A stretch of 64,000 nucleotides of DNA. Source: Acidimicrobiia bacterium. Its GTDB lineage: Bacteria > Actinomycetota > Acidimicrobiia > IMCC26256 > JAGNEX01. The notes beneath the pieces are model-generated. The model saw only the letters and a program-made list of their open reading frames with translations. It had not been told where the DNA came from and made no database searches. Positions within the stretch are counted from its first letter, which is position 1, and each line of letters starts with the position of its first letter. Both the position numbers and the translations under genes were made by a program. Below, piece by piece: positions 10,102 through 17,425 of the stretch. The stretch is from contig JAGNEX010000004.1 of NCBI GenBank assembly GCA_018003035.1, forward strand, positions 651 through 64,650, written 5' to 3'.

Positions 10102-11948
10102 TCGTCGCCCTCAACCAGGATCACCGACGAGTTTTTGCCCGCTTTGGACGCTTTCGTCGGGACGGCAGTCGTAGGGGTGCTCGCCGACTCTCTGCTCTGA
10201 GAGATCGCCGTCTCGCTCGCGACTTGTTCGTCGTCGGGTGCGATGCCGTGCTGAGCCATCAGCTGGCTCACCACATCCGAGAACACCGGGGCGGCTAGGA
10301 CACCGCCGTAGTACTCACCGTTTTCTGGATTCTCGATCCGGACGAGAACGACAAACTCCGGGTCCCGGCCTGGAGCAAAGCCGACAAAGCTCCCGTGGTA
10401 GGACGATGACACGTTCGACGGCATATAGAGGCCGTCGAGGCCCACGATCCGCGGCGTTCCGGTCTTGCCGCCGACCTCGTAACCCGGCACATCTGCGCTC
10501 CCGCCTGTTCCGGCCTCTTCCGAAACGACCTCCCGCAGCAGCACACGCATGACGCGCGCGGTCTCTTGGGAGATCACTCGATGCCCCGACTTGGGCTCGA
10601 TGTCGACTTCGGATCCGTCCGCGGCGATGAGCGACGCCCCAAGGTGGGGCGGCATGCGCACACCGTCGTTGGCGATGACGCCATACGCCAGCGCCATCTG
10701 AAGCGCCGAGGCGGTGATGCCCTGCCCGATCGCATAGGTCGGCAGGGTGGAGTCCCGCCAGTCGTCGGTGAGCAAGCCGTCAGCTTCGACAGGCAGATCA
10801 ATTCCGGTCGCGTTTCCAAAACCAAAGGCTGCGAGGTAGTGGCGAAAGCGCTCTTCGCCGAGTTTGCGGGCGATCTGGACCGTTCCGGTGTTGGACGAAG
10901 TCACCAGAATGTTCGCCACGGTCTGCTGCGGGGCTCCGTCGTGGACGTTCGTGATGCTCCGGCCCTCAGCAAGCGGAATGCGCGTCGGAACGTCGATCAG
11001 CGTGTCGGGCGTGACGACGCCATCTTCAAGAGCCCCCGCGACTGCAACGATCTTCATGATCGACCCCGGGTCGTACGCCAAAGCGACCGACCGGTTCTCA
11101 CCGACCATCAGTCCATCGCCTTTCGTTCCCGGTCCGGTCCGGTTCACCATCGCCATGACGGCGCCAGTGCTTGGATGCAACACGATGCCGACGCCACTCG
11201 CCGCTCGGAACTCTTCGAGCGCCTGGTCGACCCGGTGCTCAAAGAACGCCTGAAGGTCGGCGTCGATGGTGGTCCGGAGATGCTTACCTGGCGTTGACGC
11301 CTTGATCGGAGTGGCCTGTGCAGGGGTCGGCCGACCGTTGGCGTCCGACAAGAAGCAGTGCTCGCCGAGTTCACCCGTCAGCTCAGCTGTGTAGGTCAAT
11401 TCGAGGCCCGCGGCGCCCGCCAAGCCGCCGGTCTCTTCGTCCTCGTTAGTAATACCGAGGACGGGTCGGAGGAACTCGTCACCGTTTGGAAACACGCGGG
11501 CGTAACGCCGGATCACATGCAGCGCCCGAATCGAACGTTCCTCGACAGCGTGGGCCTGGGTAGCGGTGAGATCGCCCACCACCTTTGACCAGGTGCTGTT
11601 GGCGCGTAGCGCTTCGAGCAAGTCAGCAGGATCAAGCTCGGCGGCTTCGGCAATGAGGCGCGCTGTTCCCTTCGGATTGGTTACGTCCTTTGGGTTTACA
11701 AAGATGTCAGCGCGTTCGACAGTTCGGACGAGGGTGCGCCCGTGCCGGTCAACAATGTCGCCCCGCCGCCCGTAAAGAGGGACACAGCGGGATCCCTGGC
11801 GGAGCGCGTTGATGGCGACGCCGCCAGCCTCGCTTTCGCCAGCCAACGCCAAGTGCGTGGATCGGTACCCCAAAGCGACGAGCATCGTGCCCGACAGGCC
11901 ACCGGCGAGGAACAGACGTCGTGTGATTCGCGGAGCGGGTTCGGTCAT
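10098..11948 (-). CDS. ftsI: Class B penicillin-binding protein (FtsI/PbpB)
   Basis: 616-aa ORF with RRGDIVDRHGRTL, SxxK (DPGSIMKI), SSN and KTGT motifs; dcw position. Confidence 0.93.
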   Translation of the reverse strand: MTEPAPRITRRLFLAGGLSGTMLVALGYRSTHLALAGESEAGGVAINALRQGSRCVPLYGRRGDIVDRHGRTLVRTVERADIFVNPKDVTNPKGTARLIAEAAELDPADLLEALRANSTWSKVVGDLTATQAHAVEERSIRALHVIRRYARVFPNGDEFLRPVLGITNEDEETGGLAGAAGLELTYTAELTGELGEHCFLSDANGRPTPAQATPIKASTPGKHLRTTIDADLQAFFEHRVDQALEEFRAASGVGIVLHPSTGAVMAMVNRTGPGTKGDGLMVGENRSVALAYDPGSIMKIVAVAGALEDGVVTPDTLIDVPTRIPLAEGRSITNVHDGAPQQTVANILVTSSNTGTVQIARKLGEERFRHYLAAFGFGNATGIDLPVEADGLLTDDWRDSTLPTYAIGQGITASALQMALAYGVIANDGVRMPPHLGASLIAADGSEVDIEPKSGHRVISQETARVMRVLLREVVSEEAGTGGSADVPGYEVGGKTGTPRIVGLDGLYMPSNVSSSYHGSFVGFAPGRDPEFVVLVRIENPENGEYYGGVLAAPVFSDVVSQLMAQHGIAPDDEQVASETAISQSRESASTPTTAVPTKASKAGKNSSVILVEGDE

Positions 11949-12679
11949 CGTGTCGCCTTTGTTCCGTTCGGGATCTCGATGATCTCTACCTCGTCGGCCG
12001 AAGTGCTTGCGGCGGAATCTTTGGCGCTGACCTTTTGGTCCGGCCGGGACTGCTCGTCGGACCCGTCTTCGACGGTGTCGCCTGCGACTGCAGTCGAGGT
12101 TGCCTGTGCCTTGTCGTCCGCAGCAGAGCTTCGAGCATCGACGGCGTCTGCCTCTGCGGCGCCAGGGCCGATCTCGATGACTTGGGTTTGATTGTCTGCC
12201 GCGGCAGTGCTGGTGCCTTCGCCCGGCACGACGACAAAGCCGTTGTGTCCTTGGGTTTCTTCTAGGCCAGCGTCGAGAACGCGGGTTGACGCTTCCACTC
12301 CATCGACCTGTTCGCGCAGGCTGTCGATCTCGCCGCGGAGCCGCTCGTTGCCGGTTTCGATGCCGTCTAGTTGGCGCTGGGATGCGACCAAATGCGCTTC
12401 CAGCGCCATCGCGCCGAACAGCAAGCCGACGACAACCACGGCTCCGACGATCAGGAGTCTGCGCGCCGCCGGCGTGACGTTTCGCCGCGGTTCGGCGGCC
12501 TTTGACCGTTGAGACGGATCAACAGCATCGGCGTTGCGGGCCGTTGCACGCGTGTTGCCGAACGTCTGGCGACCTGGATTCGGTGCCCCACCTCGTTTGC
12601 CTTGGGGCGCAGGGGTCGAACGTCGCGGGCCGGGTTTCGGCGCCTGAACGTCAGAGCGCGTTCGCAAGCTATTCATCAT
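11945..12679 (-). CDS. Septum formation initiator / FtsL-like bitopic protein
   Basis: 244 aa: basic N-terminus, one TM (RRLLIVGAVVVVGLLFGAMALEAHLV), a short coiled coil (NERLRGEIDSLREQVDGVEA) and an acidic tail. Lies between rsmH and ftsI, the usual ftsL position. Confidence 0.75.
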   Translation of the reverse strand: MMNSLRTRSDVQAPKPGPRRSTPAPQGKRGGAPNPGRQTFGNTRATARNADAVDPSQRSKAAEPRRNVTPAARRLLIVGAVVVVGLLFGAMALEAHLVASQRQLDGIETGNERLRGEIDSLREQVDGVEASTRVLDAGLEETQGHNGFVVVPGEGTSTAAADNQTQVIEIGPGAAEADAVDARSSAADDKAQATSTAVAGDTVEDGSDEQSRPDQKVSAKDSAASTSADEVEIIEIPNGTKATR

Positions 12680-13718
12680 GTGACTCCTTGCTCATCCCCT
12701 GAGCTGGGCTTTCGGCCGCGACGCGAGTGATCGCGCGCAACCGGGCGCTCCGGGCACGAGGGTTGGCAGCGATTTCAGATGGCCGCGGTGTCCACTTGCC
12801 GAGCGATCGGGCAGGCGGTGCGGATTCGGTGTTGGGCATGAGGCGCTCCGGTCCCCGCGATGTCTGGCCAGGGTGGGTCAGGGCTCGAAACTTCGCCTTG
12901 ACCATCCGGTCCTCAAGGGAGTGGTAGGAGATCACTGCGAGGCGGCCGCCAACGGCCAGCCGCCGCCAAGCTGCATCCAATAGACGATCTAGTTGGCCGA
13001 GTTCATCGTTGACGGCGATGCGCAGTGCTTGAAAGGTGCGCGCAGCGGGGTGGCCACGGCGTTTGCGAGCGACCCCGGGCACCGCGCCCTCGACGATGTC
13101 GGCGAGCTGGCCGGTCGTTTCGATATCGCCAGCGGACTTCACGGCCGTCGCAATGCGCCGCGAGAACTTCTCATCGCCGAGCCTCCAGAGCAGGTCAGCG
13201 AGATCGCCGGTGTCCAAGCTGTCGATCAACTCCCTGGCCGTCTGGCCGTCCCCACCCATACGCATGTCGAGCGGACCGGACCGTTGATACGAGAAGCCCC
13301 GTTCGGCGCGGTCGACCTGTGGACTGGACACGCCGAGATCGGCGAGCACACCAACGAGCGGCGCGTCAGGGTGGAACCCGCTCGCCTGGGCCGCATCGAC
13401 GGCTGCGTCGAAGTCCCCAAACGCTCCCAACACGAAGAAGATCCGGTCAACGGGGTCAGAGTTTGTGTCGGTGGATGTTTCTGTAGCTGTCGTGGTCGAC
13501 TTCAACGCCATGGCCATGGTCATCGCGATGTCGTCCCGGTCGATCCCGATGACGGCGGCATTTGGGTTCGCTTCGAGGATGGCCGTCGTGTGGCCTCCCC
13601 CGCCGAAGGTTGCGTCGACGACAATCCCGTCGACTTCGGAGAACAGCGACTGGACCTCGTCCATGAGAACAGGTTGGTGGTGGAACCCGTCTGGGGTTCC
13701 GGAGCTGTCACGGCACAT
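12669..13718 (-). CDS. rsmH: 16S rRNA (cytosine(1402)-N(4))-methyltransferase RsmH
   Basis: HHQPVLMDEV...VVDATFGGGGHTTAIL, ADLGVSSPQ, SYHSLEDRMVK. The ORF track starts at 14624 and runs through mraZ. I place the start at the ATG complement of 13716-13718 (MCRDSSGTPDGFHHQPVLMDEV). Confidence 0.93.
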   Translation of the reverse strand: MCRDSSGTPDGFHHQPVLMDEVQSLFSEVDGIVVDATFGGGGHTTAILEANPNAAVIGIDRDDIAMTMAMALKSTTTATETSTDTNSDPVDRIFFVLGAFGDFDAAVDAAQASGFHPDAPLVGVLADLGVSSPQVDRAERGFSYQRSGPLDMRMGGDGQTARELIDSLDTGDLADLLWRLGDEKFSRRIATAVKSAGDIETTGQLADIVEGAVPGVARKRRGHPAARTFQALRIAVNDELGQLDRLLDAAWRRLAVGGRLAVISYHSLEDRMVKAKFRALTHPGQTSRGPERLMPNTESAPPARSLGKWTPRPSEIAANPRARSARLRAITRVAAESPAQGMSKESHDE

Positions 13719-13855
13719 ATTCAGTTCCTCGACCAGCCGAGTGCGGCCGTCGGGGCGAACCGAGCGGCTGATGGCGGGCGAAGTAGGGACGCACCCATGC
13801 CGGCCGAGGAACTGAAAATATGTCGTGACCTTGCTCCGTCCTTTCGAGCAACCCT

Positions 13856-14275
13856 TTAGGCGGTCGAGCTCGCCGCCGTGCCGAGCACACGTTGATAGGC
13901 CTCGGGATCCCAAAGTTCGACGTGGGTAATTCCACCGAGGATCTGCACTTGATCGGTGATCCCCGCCAGGTTCTGCAACTCGCTTGGAAGGGCGATGCGC
14001 CCCGCTTTGTCCAAACGGACATCCTCGAGGTGCATCAGCACCCTGCGAACCTCGTCGCGTTCGGCCATATCGCCTGTCCGCAACCTGGTCAGCAGCTCTT
14101 CCCGGCGATATGCCCATTCCTCGGCCGAGTAGAGCATCAGCGCTCCGTGATCGCCGAGTGAGAGCACCGCTTCGCTCATGAACGGCTCCCGAAACTTGCG
14201 CGGCAGCACCACTCGACCTTTGTCGTCGACTGAGTGGCTGTAGGTGCCAAGCAGGTTGCAGGTGGTTTCGCTCAT
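13856..14275 (-). CDS. mraZ: Transcriptional regulator MraZ
   Basis: 139-aa ORF starting LLGTYSHSVDDKGRVVLPRKFRE, with DKAGRIALPSELQNLAGI (paired AbrB-like swapped-hairpin repeats). Confidence 0.96.
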   Translation of the reverse strand: MSETTCNLLGTYSHSVDDKGRVVLPRKFREPFMSEAVLSLGDHGALMLYSAEEWAYRREELLTRLRTGDMAERDEVRRVLMHLEDVRLDKAGRIALPSELQNLAGITDQVQILGGITHVELWDPEAYQRVLGTAASSTA

Positions 14276-14346
14276 ATCTCGCCGGGTGTCCAGTCATCGC
14301 CTGGCCGTCGCCTCGTTCGCCTCCGTCCCATCGGTGCTCAAGATAA

Positions 14347-14413
14347 CCCACCGCGCCCCACTTAGGTGCACATTTGCCACATTTTTTCCCACTTTGCCCC
14401 ACAACGCGCCCAT
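14347..14413 (-). promoter_or_regulatory. Candidate MraZ-box array (GTGGG direct repeats) upstream of mraZ
   Basis: On the + strand, CCCAC at 14347, 14357, 14388 and 14398, CCCAT at 14409, and a degenerate GCCAC at 14376. Spacing is ~10-11 bp, 72-138 bp upstream of the mraZ start. Confidence 0.7.
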
Positions 14414-14638
14414 TTGGGCAGAAAGCGACCCCTTTCTGAGTGTTAACTGTCGACGAACCCGTAACGCGCCCCTGCGGCGAAAGCCCAAGCCCGAGGTACC
14501 AGCGGTCGAAGCCGCAGCGGCGGCTTTCGGGCGGAGCGGCAGACAACGGACTGCTTCTGACCTGGGTACCGCCGAGACAGCGCCCAGGAATCCGAGCGCG
14601 ACACGACGTCACGAGCATCCACACGGCCGGGAAAGCCG

Positions 14639-14688
14639 ACGCGACCCAGATCGCCCTATTAAGACGTGACCCAGATCGCCCTATTAAG
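14639..14688. repeat. 25-bp tandem duplication, two copies
   Basis: acgcgacccagatcgccctattaag at 14639-14663 and acgtgacccagatcgccctattaag at 14664-14688, 24/25 identical. Confidence 0.85.
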
Positions 14689-14852
14689 AGGTGGCCGACG
14701 ATGCGTCAGCGGCCGCTAACTCCCGGCGTCAACGGTTACGAGATCCTGCACCGGTCGCTGCCGGCGACCCGACGGGGCACAAGGTCTAGGCGGACCGGCG
14801 CCAACTTCTGTCCGGCCCGGGCGAGGATCGTTCAACAACGACGCCGACCGGG

Positions 14853-14873
14853 CGTTGGGGTAGCACCCCGACG
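14853..14873 (-). terminator. Stem-loop immediately 3' of the small gene 14886-15125
   Basis: CGTTGGGGT-AGC-ACCCCGACG on the + strand: 9-bp stem with one wobble pair and a 3-nt loop, 12 nt beyond the minus-strand stop. No U-tract. Confidence 0.5.
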
Positions 14874-14885
14874 GATCGGACGGCC

Positions 14886-15125
14886 CTAGAGACGCCGCAT
14901 CTGTTTGACCCACTCCAGATAGCGAATGAAGTCAGAGCTACCGATCGGAGCGTCGGCGTTGCCGTAGGCCGTGAGTTCGCGAAATCTCAAATACTCGGTA
15001 TCAGGACGCGGAAGTCCCTTCCGCCACCAGCGCCTGGGTAGAGTCCGGACTGCCAGGAACAGCGCTGTCGTCCAGAGCCATGGGCGGATCAAAACCGCCA
15101 CAAACTTTTGGCGATCAATACCCAT
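14886..15125 (-). CDS. Small hypothetical protein, conserved-looking
   Basis: 79 aa: MGIDRQKFVAVLIRPWLWTTALFLAVRTLPRRWWRKGLPRPDTEYLRFRELTAYGNADAPIGSSDFIRYLEWVKQMRRL. Non-random composition with a hydrophobic segment and a structured C-terminus. Confidence 0.7.
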   Translation of the reverse strand: MGIDRQKFVAVLIRPWLWTTALFLAVRTLPRRWWRKGLPRPDTEYLRFRELTAYGNADAPIGSSDFIRYLEWVKQMRRL

Positions 15126-15269
15126 ACCGGGTGAATGCCTTTCAAACCCGAGCCAAATACAAATAGCGCACGCAAACTAGACGACAACGCCTCCTAGACT
15201 GGTACCCCCATCTCCTTGGCCGCCCTTGTCGGGCCGTCAGACGCCCACCCGCAAAAACGAGAGACCGGT

Positions 15270-16217
15270 ATGTCCGCATCGTGGTTTTCCGAACGCTTTT
15301 CCGATCTTGCAGGCAACATCGCCACCGTCATTCGCGGTAAAGACGACGTCATCCGTCAAGCGTTGATCTGCTTGTTCGCGGAGGGACACATCCTGATCGA
15401 GGACGTCCCCGGCACCGGTAAAACGTCGCTGGCCCGAGCCCTGGCACAGTCGATCGAGGGTTCGTGGCGACGCATTCAGTTCACCCCCGACCTGCTCCCA
15501 TCCGACATCACCGGTACGACCGTGTGGCGTCGCTCGAGCGACGACTTTGAGTTCCGGCCGGGCCCGGTCTTTGCAAACATCGTCCTCGCTGACGAGATCA
15601 ACCGTGCATCGCCAAAGACCCAGGCAGCACTCCTCGAGGTCATGGAAGAGCACCAAGTCACGGTGGACAAGCGCTCTTACAAGGTCAGGCCGCCTTTTGT
15701 GGTGGTCGCCACGCAGAACCCGATCGAACATGACGGCACCTATCCCCTGCCTGAGGCGCAGCTCGACCGTTTCATGATGCGGATCCACATGGGCTATCCG
15801 GATCGGGTCGCCGAGTTGGCCGTTCTCGAATCCCACGGTGGCGATGTAGAGCCACCCGTTATCACGCCGGTGGTTTCCCTGGAAGAGGTTCGCAAGCTCG
15901 CAGCGACCTCACATCAGACCTACGTGGCCCCGCCCGTCCGCAACTACCTCCTCGATGTGGTCCTTGCGACACGAAACAACGAGTCCCTTCGCCTCGGGGC
16001 CAGTCCTCGTGGCGCCGTCGCACTGCAACGGGCAGCGATCGTTGCTGCCGCCGCTGCAGGTCGCGACTACGTCGTTCCCGATGACGTAAAGATGCTCGCA
16101 ACTCCCGTGTTGGCACACCGCCTCGTGCTGTCGGGTGAAGCAACCTTCCGGGGACTGAAAACCAACACCATCGTCGACGAGATCCTGAGCGCAGTGCCGG
16201 TTCCGAAAGGTCGATGA
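15270..16217 (+). CDS. MoxR-family AAA+ ATPase
   Basis: Walker A GVPGTGKTSLAR (read as EDVPGTGKTSLARAL), LLPSDITGTTVW, ATQNPIEHDGTYPLPEAQLDRFMM. Start set at ATG 15270; the track start is TTG 15216. Confidence 0.93.
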   Translation: MSASWFSERFSDLAGNIATVIRGKDDVIRQALICLFAEGHILIEDVPGTGKTSLARALAQSIEGSWRRIQFTPDLLPSDITGTTVWRRSSDDFEFRPGPVFANIVLADEINRASPKTQAALLEVMEEHQVTVDKRSYKVRPPFVVVATQNPIEHDGTYPLPEAQLDRFMMRIHMGYPDRVAELAVLESHGGDVEPPVITPVVSLEEVRKLAATSHQTYVAPPVRNYLLDVVLATRNNESLRLGASPRGAVALQRAAIVAAAAAGRDYVVPDDVKMLATPVLAHRLVLSGEATFRGLKTNTIVDEILSAVPVPKGR

Positions 16218-17425
16218 TGCGCGTAACGGCGCGTGGACTCGCGCTCGCCTTCGTGGCGGCTGGCTGTTATGCCCTGGGGCGTGCGATCGGTGTTACCGAA
16301 TTGCTGATGATGGCCAGCGCCTGCCTCGTCGTGTTCGTCATCGCTGCTGCTGCCATGGTGATTCAACGAGGCAACGTGCGCGTTGTGCGCAGCCTGGACC
16401 CCACCTACGTCTCTGTGGGTGACGAAGCCATCGTCACCCTGTCGGCGGTCAATCTGAGCAACCGCAGCTCGGGAGATCTCGTCCTCGTTGAACAGGCCGG
16501 CGACGTTTCACGCTCGCTCCCCCTCGAATCGATCCCTGGCGGCGTCGCAGCCGAGACCCGCTACCGCTGTCACCCGCAGCGCCGCGGTCGCATGAGGATT
16601 GGGCCCGCGCTGATCCGGCGCAGCGACATCTTTGGTTTGATGCGACGCGACCGCCAAGACCCTCGCGTCGACGAGTTGCTCGTTCTTCCCCGGGTGCACC
16701 GCATCGCTCCCCCGTACCGTGTCGCTTCGAGAGCTAATTCGCAGGATCGCTCGGCGCGCGTCTCAAGCAGCGGCGACGCCGAGTTCCACGCGCTGCGCGA
16801 CTACGTCGAGGGGGACGATCTGCGCCATGTCCACTGGGCGTCGTCTGCTCGGTTTGGCACCCTCGTCGTCCGGCAACACGAGTATTTCGAGCCGACGGCC
16901 GTCACTCTCCTGCTAGATCAGCGGCCGGGAAGCAGCGAGGACGAAGCCGAGTTCGGCGTCGAAGTCTGCGCCTCGGTGGCGAGCGCGGCGCTCGATGACC
17001 GACAGCGTCTGATCATTATCGGTAGTTCCACTCCCTCCCGGCGTTTCACGGCCGATGAGCGTTTGCCGATGCTCTCCCACCTCGCCGATGTACCAGTCCA
17101 GGTTCAAGGTTCTCTTAGGAGAGCGTTACGTGAATGCCGCGCGTCGGCCGGCGGCGGCATCCTTGTCGTCGTGACACCCAATGTGAGCGAAGAAACATTG
17201 GTGGACATCGCTGAGCTGAGCACGGGATTTCCACGGGTACATGTCGTGGCAATCGGCGGATCGTCTGCCCTCAGCGTGGTTCGCAACACCCTGAGCCGCC
17301 GAGGCGGCGAATCTCCCATGTCAGTGGTGGTGGCAGGTGACGCCGACTCCTTAGCTATCAACTGGAACGCTCTGGCGACCCTCGGTTCGCTCTCCGCTGA
17401 CGCAATGGCAAAGGCTTCTCTATGA
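16214..17425 (+). CDS. DUF58 domain-containing protein
   Basis: 403 aa with two N-terminal TMs and EFHALRDYVEGDDLRHVHWASSARFGTLVVRQ, the DUF58 core. Overlaps the moxR stop. Confidence 0.9.
   Translation: MMRVTARGLALAFVAAGCYALGRAIGVTELLMMASACLVVFVIAAAAMVIQRGNVRVVRSLDPTYVSVGDEAIVTLSAVNLSNRSSGDLVLVEQAGDVSRSLPLESIPGGVAAETRYRCHPQRRGRMRIGPALIRRSDIFGLMRRDRQDPRVDELLVLPRVHRIAPPYRVASRANSQDRSARVSSSGDAEFHALRDYVEGDDLRHVHWASSARFGTLVVRQHEYFEPTAVTLLLDQRPGSSEDEAEFGVEVCASVASAALDDRQRLIIIGSSTPSRRFTADERLPMLSHLADVPVQVQGSLRRALRECRASAGGGILVVVTPNVSEETLVDIAELSTGFPRVHVVAIGGSSALSVVRNTLSRRGGESPMSVVVAGDADSLAINWNALATLGSLSADAMAKASL

Noticed and set aside
13719-14624. Upstream 300 aa of the track's 651-aa RsmH ORF
   Set aside because: This part runs through mraZ in another frame and the regulatory region; no RsmH homology before MCRDSSG...HHQPVLMDEV.
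14440-14889. 149-aa + strand ORF covering the mraZ upstream gap
   Set aside because: Composition is Arg/Pro/Gly-rich without any motif, and it contains the tandem repeat. I could not support it as a gene.
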